NCBI GenBank assembly: GCA_964421125.1
Contig: CAYQVD010000003.1
Location: 5,779 to 69,778 of the forward strand
Origin: an uncultured Bdellovibrionales bacterium
Lineage (GTDB): Bacteria > Patescibacteriota > Minisyncoccia > Moranbacterales > DUUL01
DNA: 64,000 bases
Direction of reading: 5' to 3'
The notes under the pieces were generated by a model that was given only the letters and a program-made list of their open reading frames with translations, made no database searches and was not told the origin of the DNA. The stretch's first letter is position 1, and each line of letters begins with the position of its first letter. A program made the translations under genes and the position numbers. Below, one piece after another: positions 1-10,196 of this stretch.

Positions 1-1
1 C

Positions 2-616
2 ATTTTTATGATTGGGGCACCAAGTTCGGCAGTTAGAGCGGCAGTTATGGGAATTTTGATTTTATGGGCAGTGAAAAATGGAAAGTTAGCGAATTCATGG
101 CGAGCAATTGTTTTTGCAGCTTTTTTGATGGTTATTTTCTCTCCATTTATTTTGGTTTATGATGCTGGTTTTCAACTTTCATTTTTAGCAACGCTTTCTT
201 TGGTTTTTTTGTATACACCACTGGCGAATAAATTTGGAATAACAAATGATTTTTTAGAAATAAAATCAATTTTATTAATGACAATTGTGGCACAGCTTGG
301 AGTGCTCGGTTTAATAATTTATACCTTTGAAAGTGTTTCATTGCTTTCTCTTTTAGCAAATTTGATTATCCTGCCCTTAATCCCGGTGATTATGTTAGGA
401 GGTTTTTTGGTGATTGCTTTGAGCTTTTTTGTTCCATTTTTGGCTGGATTTTTAGCAATGCCAGTTCAAATGTTGCTTGATTTAGAAATTTGGGCAGTTT
501 CAGTGTTAGCACAGTTTAGATGGGCGAGTGTGGAATTTAGTAATTTGTCAATTTGGTGGCTGGTGGGGTACTATATATTTTTTATTGGATTGATTTTGAA
601 ATATAGGAAGCAGTAA
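2..616 (+). CDS. comEC: ComEC/Rec2 competence membrane domain, 3' part (frame open to window edge)
   Basis: Motifs SAVRAAVM, DAGFQLSFLAT and SLLANLIILP; multiple TM segments; no in-frame stop before position 8. Confidence 0.88.
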   Translation: MFMIGAPSSAVRAAVMGILILWAVKNGKLANSWRAIVFAAFLMVIFSPFILVYDAGFQLSFLATLSLVFLYTPLANKFGITNDFLEIKSILLMTIVAQLGVLGLIIYTFESVSLLSLLANLIILPLIPVIMLGGFLVIALSFFVPFLAGFLAMPVQMLLDLEIWAVSVLAQFRWASVEFSNLSIWWLVGYYIFFIGLILKYRKQ

Positions 617-666
617 TTTGTAATTTGTTAATTTGGTAAAAAAGTTAGTTTTTTAAAATATTCATT

Positions 667-755
667 TATGTAAGTAATCTATTACTTACATAGCAATCGG
701 ATTAATGGATTTCTGTCGGAGTTTATGTTCGTGGATGCGGGTGCAGGAATGACAA
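667..755 (+). repeat. Composite repeat: TATGTAAGTAA-n4-TTACTTACATA hairpin followed by a GGATT...GGAATGAC REP-like unit with a loop insert
   Basis: First ~48 nt nearly identical to 44880-44927. Confidence 0.85.
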
Positions 756-761
756 AGAGAG

Positions 762-837
762 AGATTTTGAATAATATATTTTTGAGTGTCAGGTCATTCT
801 GATGAGATTTTGGGAGAAAATATGTTATTCAAAATCT
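762..837 (-). repeat. Palindromic element, TTTTCTCSC...YCAT-CRGA-ATGR...CTCRAAAAT family
   Basis: Near-identical reverse complement of 31809-31886. Confidence 0.9.
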
Positions 838-1107
838 TTTTTAGAATGACAAGGGCAGATTAATTGTTTATATAAAAATACAACATACTGTATTTTAGTA
901 ATGTATTATTATGTTATTTAAATTGCTCTACTAACTATCAACTAAAATCTATTAACTAAACAATTTGCTCAAATAAAAAAAGTGTGATAATATGGTGAGT
1001 AAATAAGGGTTTTTTATGCTTAATAATAGCGTGATTAAATACAAGCTTTCTTTATTATTAATAAGTTTGATTTTGCCTGAAATCGCAATTTCAAATATAA
1101 ATAAAAA

Positions 1108-1980
1108 ATGAATAAAATTCTCATCGTCGAAGATGATCCGATGTTATCTGAGATATATCAAAAAAAGTTTTCGCAAGAAGGAAATTTTGAAGTTTTGACA
1201 GCGATTTCAGGTAGTGAAGCTGAGAAGAAAATAAGAAGGGAAAAACCTGATTTAGTGTTATTGGATTTGGTGTTACCAGAAAAGGATGGATTCGAAATTT
1301 TGAAAGATCTTAGAGAAGATTCTAGTCTTGATGATATTAAAATTGTTATTTTTTCAAATCTTTCTCAAGAAGAGGAACAACAAAAAGCTAAGACTCTTGG
1401 GGCGAATGGTTTTATCGCTAAATCTGATTTTACTCCTCAACAAATTGTTTCTGAAGTTAATAAAATTATTGGAGAAGATGATAATAGTCAGAAAAAAACA
1501 GATTCAGAAAAGATGATACAGGAAGACAAAGGGGGAGAAGAAAATAAGGCGGTTAAGGGAAGAAAAACAGTTAAAAATAGTAATATTGCTGTTGATTTAG
1601 GATTTACTCCTAAGATTTTAATCGTTGAAGATGAAGAAGTTTTTTTGGAAGTTTTTGGAATAAAATTAAAAGATTCTGGATTTGAAGTGGATACTGCTTC
1701 GAATGGTGGATGGGGATTGAAACTTGCGGATAAAAATAAATATGATGCAATTTTATTGGATATTGTGATGCCAGTTTTGAATGGCGTTGATTTAATTAAG
1801 AAGCTTCGCAAAAAAGGTGAAAACAAGGAAACACCAGTGATTATTTTATCTGGATCGATTGATGAGCAATCACAAAGAGATGAAGTCTTGAAGGCTGGAG
1901 CAGTTGACGTGTTGATAAAAACTCGTGTAACTCCGAGTCAAGTAGTTGATTGTGTTAAAAGTCATATCAAGAAGCAATAG
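1108..1980 (+). CDS. Response regulator with two receiver domains and no output domain
   Basis: Two CheY-like domains (KILIVEDD...LLDLVLP; KILIVEDE...LLDIVMP) joined by a charged linker. Confidence 0.9.
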   Translation: MNKILIVEDDPMLSEIYQKKFSQEGNFEVLTAISGSEAEKKIRREKPDLVLLDLVLPEKDGFEILKDLREDSSLDDIKIVIFSNLSQEEEQQKAKTLGANGFIAKSDFTPQQIVSEVNKIIGEDDNSQKKTDSEKMIQEDKGGEENKAVKGRKTVKNSNIAVDLGFTPKILIVEDEEVFLEVFGIKLKDSGFEVDTASNGGWGLKLADKNKYDAILLDIVMPVLNGVDLIKKLRKKGENKETPVIILSGSIDEQSQRDEVLKAGAVDVLIKTRVTPSQVVDCVKSHIKKQ

Positions 1981-2061
1981 TGATGTTAAAAGTAGCTTCA
2001 AGGAGCTCCAAATAATACTGGGGAATGGATATTGATTGTTTCTAATAAAAAATGATTTAAA

Positions 2062-2781
2062 ATGTTGCAAGAATATAAAATAAAAACAGAACAATTTGAG
2101 GGACCACTTGATTTGTTGTTGGAATTGATTGAGAAAGAAAAGCTTGATATTACAAGATTGTCTATTGCGACAGTGGCAGATGATTTTTTGAAGTTTATTG
2201 AAAATAATACTGAAATTAATTTGGCAAATTTAAGTGAATTTTTATTGACTGCTTCGCAGTTAATTTTAATTAAATCGAAAGCTCTTTTGCCGCTTTTTGA
2301 ATTTACTCAAGAAGAGGAAGAAGAAATCGTTGATTTAGAAGAGAGGCTTTTGGAGTACAAGAGATTTAAGGATGCTTCTAGTAAGGTTGGAGAATTATTT
2401 TGTTCTTCAATGAAATGTTTTTCCAGAAAAGAAGAAAAAGATATTGATTTCAAGAAGTTTGTTGATCCGAAAATGAACGGAAAAAATTTATTAAATTTAT
2501 ATAAAAGAGTTATTATTAATATTCCTCAAGAGGAAAAAATGATTGAAAGAGTAATGGAAAAGGTTGTAAGTCTTGAAGATAAAATGGTTGAATTGAAAAC
2601 TTCATTAGAAAAGAGGATGAAAGTGGCTTTTGCAGATACAATTAAGAATGCGACTGGGAAGGTTGATGTGATAGTTACTTTTTTGGCGATGCTTGAAATG
2701 GTCAAACAGCGATCTATAGCAGTTGAACAAGCGGATTTATTTGGTGATATTTTATTAACATCAAGAAAACATGTTGAATAA
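2062..2781 (+). CDS. scpA: Segregation and condensation protein A
   Basis: FEGPLDLLLELI at N-terminus, IVTFLAMLEM at C-terminus; overlaps scpB. Confidence 0.93.
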   Translation: MLQEYKIKTEQFEGPLDLLLELIEKEKLDITRLSIATVADDFLKFIENNTEINLANLSEFLLTASQLILIKSKALLPLFEFTQEEEEEIVDLEERLLEYKRFKDASSKVGELFCSSMKCFSRKEEKDIDFKKFVDPKMNGKNLLNLYKRVIINIPQEEKMIERVMEKVVSLEDKMVELKTSLEKRMKVAFADTIKNATGKVDVIVTFLAMLEMVKQRSIAVEQADLFGDILLTSRKHVE

Positions 2782-3325
2782 AAATATAAAAGGAGAAATT
2801 GAAGCAATTTTATTTGCCACCGGAGATTCAGTAGAGATTTCTAAAATTGCAAAGTTTTTTAAGATTTCAAAAGAGAGTGTAAAAAAAGAAATAATGAATC
2901 TTGAAAATGATTATTTATCTAAAAAATCTGGATTAATTATTGTGACAAAAGGAAATCGAGTGCAACTTTCAAGTGAGCCTAACTTTGGTGAAGTGGTTAT
3001 GAAGTTTATGAATAAGGAGGTTGGAGAGGCACTTTCGCCAGCTACCTCAGAGGTATTGGCAGTGGTTGCTTACAGAGGACCTCTTACTCGAGCTCAAATT
3101 GAATATATTCGGGGAGTGAATTGTAGTTTTACCTTAAGAAATTTGGCGATGAGAGGATTGGTCGAAAGAAAAGAGAATCCAGATGATTCTCGTTCATATT
3201 TATATGAAATAAGTTTTGATTTTTTAAATAGTCTTGGAATTAAAAAAATTCAAGATTTACCTGAATATGAAGAATTAACTAAAAAACAAGAAGAAACAAT
3301 AAATGAAATCAAGAACGAAACTTAA
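2771..3325 (+). CDS. scpB: Segregation and condensation protein B
   Basis: IEAILFA; LSPATSEVLAVVAYRGPLTRAQIEYIRGVN. Confidence 0.95.
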   Translation: MLNKNIKGEIEAILFATGDSVEISKIAKFFKISKESVKKEIMNLENDYLSKKSGLIIVTKGNRVQLSSEPNFGEVVMKFMNKEVGEALSPATSEVLAVVAYRGPLTRAQIEYIRGVNCSFTLRNLAMRGLVERKENPDDSRSYLYEISFDFLNSLGIKKIQDLPEYEELTKKQEETINEIKNET

Positions 3326-4397
3326 TATCGTGGGAATTATTTTTTCCGGAATAGTTTTATGGACTGGTTATTCTATCTATGCTTATTTTACTAATGATAA
3401 AAATGGAGAATTGGCAGTTAATTCAACAAGCCAGATAATTAGAGTTGATAACCAGAGTATTAGTGTTATGGGTGATTCTAATGATAATCAGAATGATGAA
3501 AAAGAAGATGATGAAAATTTTTGTTCTGATGGGATAGTCTCTGGTGAATTATTTAAGGATAATCCCGATGCACCAATAAAAGATTTAGAATACGGTAATC
3601 ATTATGTTGGTGCCCGTTCTGCTATTGCGATTGATGCTGAAACACATACAATTCTTTTCGATCAAAATGCTACAAAGAAAATGGCAATTGCTTCTTTGAC
3701 AAAAATGATGACAGCCGTTTTAGTTGTGGAGAATATTGATGATTTGAGAAATGAGATTGTTACTATTGATGAAGAAACTATTTATACCGATGGGACAATC
3801 ATTGGTTGTCCACGAAGCGGTTATTGTATTTCAAACAGATTAAGAATTGGTGAGAAAATATCTGTATTAAGTCTTTTGGAAGCAATGATAATGAATAGCA
3901 CTAATGATGCTGCTGTTGCCTTAGCTCGACATATTGCTGGAAGCGAGAAAGAGTTTGCGAAAATGATGAACGAAAAAGCCGAAGATCTTGGTTTGGAGGA
4001 TACTCATTTTTGTAATCCATCTGGACTTGATGAAGACAATAATCCAGGGGGGTGCTATTCTACTGCATATGACTTGGCTCGAATTTCTGCTTATTCATTG
4101 CAATATGATACAATTTGGAAGATAATGAGAATGGAGCCAAAGGATATCTATTCAGCGGATGGTCAAATTGTTCATCATATAGTAAATACAGATCGTTTAA
4201 TTGATCAAATGCCAAATTGCATTGGAGGGAAAACTGGATTTACCTATGAAGCAGGAAAGTCTTTGATGACAGCGGCTTATCATCCATATGATAAAGATAA
4301 GAAAGTTATAGCGGTTATTCTGGATGATAATTATAGATGGGTTGATATGAAAGATTTAATGACTTGGGTTTTTAGCGCGTATAATTGGCCTAAATAA
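3303..4397 (+). CDS. dacA: D-alanyl-D-alanine carboxypeptidase (peptidase S11)
   Basis: SxxK (SLTK), SxN (STN) and KTG motifs; N-terminal TM anchor. Confidence 0.88.
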   Translation: MKSRTKLNIVGIIFSGIVLWTGYSIYAYFTNDKNGELAVNSTSQIIRVDNQSISVMGDSNDNQNDEKEDDENFCSDGIVSGELFKDNPDAPIKDLEYGNHYVGARSAIAIDAETHTILFDQNATKKMAIASLTKMMTAVLVVENIDDLRNEIVTIDEETIYTDGTIIGCPRSGYCISNRLRIGEKISVLSLLEAMIMNSTNDAAVALARHIAGSEKEFAKMMNEKAEDLGLEDTHFCNPSGLDEDNNPGGCYSTAYDLARISAYSLQYDTIWKIMRMEPKDIYSADGQIVHHIVNTDRLIDQMPNCIGGKTGFTYEAGKSLMTAAYHPYDKDKKVIAVILDDNYRWVDMKDLMTWVFSAYNWPK

Positions 4398-4403
4398 ATA
4401 AAA

Positions 4404-5510
4404 ATGATTATTGAAGTAGCCCAAATACAAACTATTCCAGAGGTTCTTGCCATGGCTAAGATAGTTATTTTGTCAGTTTTGGCTTTTGTTTTAGCAATGG
4501 GGCTCACACCTTTGCTGGCTTATTTTTTGTATAAATATAAAATAGGAATTCGAATAAAAGATAAAGATGTTGATGGGGAGAAGCTTTCCCATGTTAGTAA
4601 AATGCATGCTCATAAAAGTGGGACTCCAACAATGGGAGGGATTCTTATTTGGGGAACTGTTTTAATTTTGATTATAGTTATGCATTTTTTAGCTCCATTT
4701 TTTTCGGAATGGACTCAAAATGTTTGGATAAGTCGTTTAGATTTTTTAAGTAGAAGTCAAACATGGCTTCCTCTTTTTGCTTTGATTTCAGTTGCCATCC
4801 TTGGGATGGTTGATGACTTTATGAGTATTAGAAATGTTGGTGGGAACAAGGGAGGCGGGATGAGATTTTTCTGGAGATTAATTTGGATTATCGTGATCAC
4901 AGCCTTTGGTGCTTGGTGGTTTTATTCCAAGCTTGGCTGGGACACTATTCACATTCCAGCAGTGGGAGATTTTGAAATAGGACTTTTCTATATCCCACTT
5001 TTCATGTTTGTGATTATTGCATCTGCTTTTTCTTCAAATGAAACTGATGGTCTGGATGGGCTAAATGCAGGAATTCTTGCTCAAGCTTTCGCAGTGTTTT
5101 CTTTAATTTCATTTTTTCAAGGGAGAATGGATTTAGCAGCTTTTTGTGGAGTTATTGCTGGAGTATTGATGGCATTTTTGTGGTTTAATTTTTATCCAGC
5201 TAGATTTTTCATGGGAGATACTGGAGCATTTTCGTTAGGAGCAACTTTGGGTGTAGTGGCGCTTTTAACTAACTCGGTGATCGTATTGCCTTTTATTGTT
5301 ATAATTTATGTAATTGAATCATCCTCCGTTGTCGTTCAATTGACTTCTAAGAAAGTTTTTAAGAAAAAAGTATTTTTAGCTGCTCCAATTCATCATCATT
5401 TTGAAGCAAGAGGTTGGCCGGAAACAAAAGTTACGGTGAGATTTTGGATTATTAATATAGCAGTGGCAATAATTGGCTTGTTAATTGGAATTATTGGTAG
5501 TGGGTTTTAA
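4404..5510 (+). CDS. mraY: Phospho-N-acetylmuramoyl-pentapeptide transferase
   Basis: KSGTPTMGG, NETDGLDGL, FMGDTG, APIHHHFE. Confidence 0.95.
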   Translation: MIIEVAQIQTIPEVLAMAKIVILSVLAFVLAMGLTPLLAYFLYKYKIGIRIKDKDVDGEKLSHVSKMHAHKSGTPTMGGILIWGTVLILIIVMHFLAPFFSEWTQNVWISRLDFLSRSQTWLPLFALISVAILGMVDDFMSIRNVGGNKGGGMRFFWRLIWIIVITAFGAWWFYSKLGWDTIHIPAVGDFEIGLFYIPLFMFVIIASAFSSNETDGLDGLNAGILAQAFAVFSLISFFQGRMDLAAFCGVIAGVLMAFLWFNFYPARFFMGDTGAFSLGATLGVVALLTNSVIVLPFIVIIYVIESSSVVVQLTSKKVFKKKVFLAAPIHHHFEARGWPETKVTVRFWIINIAVAIIGLLIGIIGSGF

Positions 5511-5529
5511 TCTTTATTTATTTTAAATT

Positions 5530-6474
5530 ATGAAATCAAGAGAAAAGAAAATATCTATTGTTGTTCCTGTTTTTAATGAAGAAGGGAGTATTGCTAAGTT
5601 GCATCAGGAAATTAAAATTACTTTCAAAAATAATAATTTAGATGGAGAAATTATTTTTGTTGACGATGGAAGTTCAGATAGAACTGTGGAAGAATTTAAA
5701 AAACTTTCTCCTATTAAGATTGTGATTTTTCGAAAAAACTTTGGTCAAACGGCGGCAATGGATGCAGGAATAAAATCGGCAACTGGTGAAATTATTGTGA
5801 CAATGGATGGAGATGGTCAGAATGATCCAGCTGATATTCCTCAATTACTTGATAAATTAGATGAAGGATTTGATGTGGTTTCTGGTTGGAGAAAGAATCG
5901 AAAGGATCCATGGTCAAAGAAATTTTTATCTCGAGGAGCCGATAAGTTAAGAAGATATTTGATTAATGATCAAATTAATGACAGTGGTTGTAGTCTTAAG
6001 GTATATAAAAAAGAGTGCTTTGAAGATGTTGATCTTTATGGGGAAATGCATCGATTTATTCCTGCAATTTTGAAAATTCAAGGATTTAAAATTGGGGAAG
6101 CTGTCGTGAATCATCGACCTCGAATAAGCGGAAATACAAAATATAATTATAAGCGTTTATTTAAAGGATTTCTTGATGCAATTAGTGTTTGGTTTTGGGG
6201 AAAATTTTCAGCACGTCCGCTTCATCTTTTTGGCGGACTTGGATTTTTTTCTGGAATAGTTGGTATCATAATTTTAATTTGGATGGCCATCGATCGAATT
6301 TTCTTTGGGATTCCATTGGAAAGTAGGATTTGGCCAATGATTGGTATCTTTATGATATTAATTGGAATTCAGCTTTTCATTTCAGGGCTTTTGGCGGATA
6401 TCTCTATAAAAACATATCATCAATCTCGTAACGAAACTCATTATAAGATAAAGGAGCGAATTGAAAATAGTTAA
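5530..6474 (+). CDS. Glycosyltransferase family 2 (ArnC/DPM1-like, polyprenol-phosphate)
   Basis: SIVVPVFNEE, VDDGSSD, RKNFGQTAA, MDGDGQNDP; two C-terminal TMs. Confidence 0.9.
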   Translation: MKSREKKISIVVPVFNEEGSIAKLHQEIKITFKNNNLDGEIIFVDDGSSDRTVEEFKKLSPIKIVIFRKNFGQTAAMDAGIKSATGEIIVTMDGDGQNDPADIPQLLDKLDEGFDVVSGWRKNRKDPWSKKFLSRGADKLRRYLINDQINDSGCSLKVYKKECFEDVDLYGEMHRFIPAILKIQGFKIGEAVVNHRPRISGNTKYNYKRLFKGFLDAISVWFWGKFSARPLHLFGGLGFFSGIVGIIILIWMAIDRIFFGIPLESRIWPMIGIFMILIGIQLFISGLLADISIKTYHQSRNETHYKIKERIENS

Positions 6475-6547
6475 TGGATTATTGGCTGTTGAAACAGTTG
6501 TTTTTTGGCTTTAAATGGTTTATAATAAGTATGTAAAAAATAAAAAA

Positions 6548-6946
6548 ATGCAATATAGATCCTTACTTTGGATACTGCGATTCATTGCTTTAATAGCCTT
6601 TTTTGGGGTTCTTTATTTTGTTTTTTATTTATCTCCATATGTGAGTCAAATTTCATTTGATTTGATTACTTGGAATATTGTAGTTTTTGAAATAATTCTC
6701 CTTATTTTTCTTTCGGCAATTTTTTCTATTCTTCTATTTTGGATTAGAAGAATCGGGAGGAAGGGATTAGTGAAGAATGAAAAGATGCTTTTTATGGGAA
6801 TAATTTCGATTAGACAAGGAATTCTTTTGGGATTTTGTGCGATAATTTTGTTAGTATTGCAGAGTTTTAATATTTTAACTTGGTGGGATGGATTATTGGC
6901 AGTTGGGGCGATATTAATGCTAGAACTATATTTTTTAGTTAAGTAG
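6548..6946 (+). CDS. Hypothetical 4-TM membrane protein
   Basis: Hydrophobic ORF; ATG 6548 preferred because TATAAT lies at 6521-6526. Confidence 0.75.
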   Translation: MQYRSLLWILRFIALIAFFGVLYFVFYLSPYVSQISFDLITWNIVVFEIILLIFLSAIFSILLFWIRRIGRKGLVKNEKMLFMGIISIRQGILLGFCAIILLVLQSFNILTWWDGLLAVGAILMLELYFLVK

Positions 6947-6995
6947 TAGTTTGTGTAAAATAATTTAAATTTAATAAAAATAATTAATTCAAGTT

Positions 6996-9020
6996 ATGGC
7001 GGAAAAAAAGAAGAAAATTGGGGAGTATTCAGCAGATTCGATTCAAGTTCTTGAGGGATTAGAGCCGGTTCGAAAAAGACCTGGAATGTATATTGGAGGA
7101 ACATCTCTACAGGGACTTCATCATTTGGTTTGGGAAGTTGTTTCAAATTCGATTGACGAAGCGATGGCAGGATATGGAAATTATATAGAAGTTGAAATTC
7201 TTCCAGGAAACAAAATTTCCGTGAGTGATGATGGACGAGGAATTCCAGTTGAGAAGCATCCACAAACGGGGCTTTCAACTCTCGAAACTGTTTTAACAAA
7301 ACTTCATGCTGGTGGAAAATTTGGTGGAGATGGATACAAGGTCTCTGGAGGTCTTCATGGAGTTGGTATTTCAGTTGTTAATGCTTTATCTGTTTGGACA
7401 AAAGCTGAAGTGCATCAAAAGGGAAAAATTTGGACTCAGGAATACTCAAGAGGGATTCCAACAGGAAAAATTAAGAGAACTGGAAAAACTACTAAAAAGG
7501 GAACGGTTATTACATTTGAGCCTGATCCACAAATATTTTCAGAAATTGAATGGAACTGGAAAACAATTTCTAGTTATTTAAGAGAACAAGCTTATTTAAC
7601 TAAAGGTGTTCATATTAAATTAATAGATGAAAAAGATGATAATCCGGAAATGCATCGAAAAGTTGGTTATTGTTTTGATGGAGGAATTAAATCTTTTGTT
7701 AGTTTTTTGAATAAAGGGAAAGAAATTATTAACCCAAATATTTTTTATGTTGAAAAAGAAAATGACGGAATTCTTGTAGAGCTATCCATGCAATATCAAG
7801 GAGGAATGAAAGATAGATTAATGTCTTTTGCTAATAATATTAATACAGTTGAAGGAGGAATGCACGAAACTGGTTTTAGAACAGCTCTAACTCGAACAAT
7901 TAATGATTATGGAAGAAAAAAGGGCATTCTAAGAGAAAAAGAAGGAAATCTAACGTCAGATGATGTTAGAGAGGGAATTACAGCTATTATTTCAGTAAAA
8001 CTTACTGATCCTCAATTTGAAGGACAAACAAAATCTAAACTTGGAAATTCAGAAGCAAGAACTGCAACTTCAGCAGTGGCCTCAGAAGCATTAGTTGATT
8101 ATTTTGATAAAAATCCACAAGATGCAAAATTAATTATTAGTCGATGTTCTTTGTCTGCTCGAGCTCGATTAGCTGCAAAAGCTGCGAAAGATGCTGTTAT
8201 TAGAAAAGGTGTTCTTGACGGAATGACTTTACCGGGAAAACTTTCAGATTGTAGTAGTAAGAAGCCTGAAGAATGTGAAATATTTGTGGTTGAGGGAGAT
8301 TCTGCTGGTGGAAGTGCTAAACAAGGTCGTGATCGAAGATTTCAAGCAATTTTACCTATTTTTGGAAAAATGTTGAATGTTGAAAAAGCAAGAATTGATA
8401 AGGTTATTAAAAATGATAAAATTCAACCTCTTATTATTGCAATGGGGGCCGGAATTGGCGAAACATTTAATATTGAAAAACTTCGTTATCACAGGATTGT
8501 GTTGATGGCCGATGCGGATGTCGATGGTGCGCATATTCGAACTCTTCATTTAACTTTTTTTTATCGTTATTTTGAAGAACTTCTTAGGAGAGGCCATATT
8601 TATATTGCTCAACCACCGCTTTATAAAGTTCAAAAAGGAAAAGATTTTAAGTATGCCTTTACGGATGAAGAAAAAGATGAATATGTTGCAGAATTTAGCA
8701 AGGCTTCCAATGGAAAAGTAGAAAAAGAAATAGAGAAAGTTGTTGAAGAAGATGATGATGAGACTAGTGATGGTGATGAAAATGAAATTAAGGATAAATC
8801 TGGAATTAAAATTCAGCGATACAAGGGTCTTGGAGAAATGAATCCAGATCAGCTTTGGGATACAACGATGAATCCTGAAACTCGAATGATGTATCAAGTA
8901 ACCATTGAAGATGCTGAAAGAGCAGACAAGATGTTTGATATTCTTATGGGAAGTGAAGTTGCTCCTCGAAAGAGATTTATTCAGGCGCATGCTAAAAGCG
9001 TGCAAAACCTTGACATCTAG
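6996..9020 (+). CDS. gyrB: DNA gyrase subunit B
   Basis: GLEPVRKRPGMYIG, LHAGGKF, VEGDSAGGSAKQGRDR, QRYKGLGEMNP. Confidence 0.97.
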   Translation: MAEKKKKIGEYSADSIQVLEGLEPVRKRPGMYIGGTSLQGLHHLVWEVVSNSIDEAMAGYGNYIEVEILPGNKISVSDDGRGIPVEKHPQTGLSTLETVLTKLHAGGKFGGDGYKVSGGLHGVGISVVNALSVWTKAEVHQKGKIWTQEYSRGIPTGKIKRTGKTTKKGTVITFEPDPQIFSEIEWNWKTISSYLREQAYLTKGVHIKLIDEKDDNPEMHRKVGYCFDGGIKSFVSFLNKGKEIINPNIFYVEKENDGILVELSMQYQGGMKDRLMSFANNINTVEGGMHETGFRTALTRTINDYGRKKGILREKEGNLTSDDVREGITAIISVKLTDPQFEGQTKSKLGNSEARTATSAVASEALVDYFDKNPQDAKLIISRCSLSARARLAAKAAKDAVIRKGVLDGMTLPGKLSDCSSKKPEECEIFVVEGDSAGGSAKQGRDRRFQAILPIFGKMLNVEKARIDKVIKNDKIQPLIIAMGAGIGETFNIEKLRYHRIVLMADADVDGAHIRTLHLTFFYRYFEELLRRGHIYIAQPPLYKVQKGKDFKYAFTDEEKDEYVAEFSKASNGKVEKEIEKVVEEDDDETSDGDENEIKDKSGIKIQRYKGLGEMNPDQLWDTTMNPETRMMYQVTIEDAERADKMFDILMGSEVAPRKRFIQAHAKSVQNLDI

Positions 9021-9021
9021 T

Positions 9022-9143
9022 TGAAAATTAACTATCTGGCGCACTTCGTTGTTAAAATCTGCGCTTTTCACTCGTCGTATAATTAATACGACTCGTTCAA
9101 TGCTCGATTTTGCCTAGAAGTGCACTCAGATATTTAATTTTCA
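9022..9143 (+). repeat. ~120-nt imperfect palindromic element (RPE-like)
   Basis: Arms GAAAATTAAcTATCTG..GCACTTC / GAAGTGC..CAGATAtTTAATTTTC; apical GTCGTAT-aatta-ATACGAC. Confidence 0.8.
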
Positions 9144-9177
9144 TATCTTTAAATTTAATAATTAAAAATAAATAAAA

Positions 9178-10191
9178 ATGAAAATTGCAATAAATGGTTT
9201 TGGGAGAATTGGACGACCAGTTATGGAAATCGCTCTTGAAAATCCAGAGTTAGAAGTGGTTGCCATAAATGACTTGGCAGATATTGAAAATCTGGCATAT
9301 TTATTGAAATACGATACGGTTTATGGTGTTTATGAGCATGATATTGAAACTCGGGATGGAAATTTGATTGTAGGTGGAAAAGAAATTAAAGTTTTATCAG
9401 AAAAAGATCCCGCAAAGCTTCCTTGGAAAGAAATGGGAGTTGATATTGTTTTTGAATGTACTGGAATTTTTAAAGATCAAGAATCTGCTGGTGCACACTT
9501 AAAGGCTGGGGCAAAGAAGGTGGTAATTTCTACTCCTACTAAAGACGATACAGTTAAAACTGTTGTAATGGGTTGTAATGAAGAAGAACTTACTGAAGAA
9601 AATAATGTGATATCAATGGCATCTTGTACAACAAATTGTGTAGCACCGATGATGAAAGTCTTGGATGAAAAATTTGGAATAGAGAAATCTTTGATGTCAA
9701 CAATTCATAGTTATACCTCAACCCAATCGCTTGTTGATGGGCCAGCTAAGAAAGATATGAGAAGAGGCCGTGCAGCTGCCCAAAATATTGTTCCTTCAAC
9801 AACTGGAGCAGCTATTGCAGCAACAAAAACTCTCCCAGCCTTAAAAGAAAAATTTGATGGAATGGCTTTTCGTGTTCCAATTCCAGTTGGTTCAGTTACT
9901 GATGTAGTTGCTTTATTAAAAAAAGATGTAACAGAAGATGAGATTAATAATGCTTTTAAAGAGGCGTCAGAAGGAGAGCTTGAAGGAATTCTTCAGGTTA
10001 CTGACGAGCCACTCGTTTCTCACGATATTGTAGAAAGCACCTATTCCTCAATTGTTCAAACTGATTTAACCAAAGTGGTTGATGGAAACTTGGTGAAAGC
10101 AGTTGCTTGGTATGATAACGAATGGGGTTATTCAAATCGCCTTATTGATCTTGGAGTATTTTTGAAAAAATTTATTATTAGTGAAGAATAA
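9178..10191 (+). CDS. gap: Glyceraldehyde-3-phosphate dehydrogenase, type I
   Basis: INGFGRIGR, ASCTTNC, WYDNEWGYS. Confidence 0.97.
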   Translation: MKIAINGFGRIGRPVMEIALENPELEVVAINDLADIENLAYLLKYDTVYGVYEHDIETRDGNLIVGGKEIKVLSEKDPAKLPWKEMGVDIVFECTGIFKDQESAGAHLKAGAKKVVISTPTKDDTVKTVVMGCNEEELTEENNVISMASCTTNCVAPMMKVLDEKFGIEKSLMSTIHSYTSTQSLVDGPAKKDMRRGRAAAQNIVPSTTGAAIAATKTLPALKEKFDGMAFRVPIPVGSVTDVVALLKKDVTEDEINNAFKEASEGELEGILQVTDEPLVSHDIVESTYSSIVQTDLTKVVDGNLVKAVAWYDNEWGYSNRLIDLGVFLKKFIISEE

Positions 10192-10196
10192 TTTAA

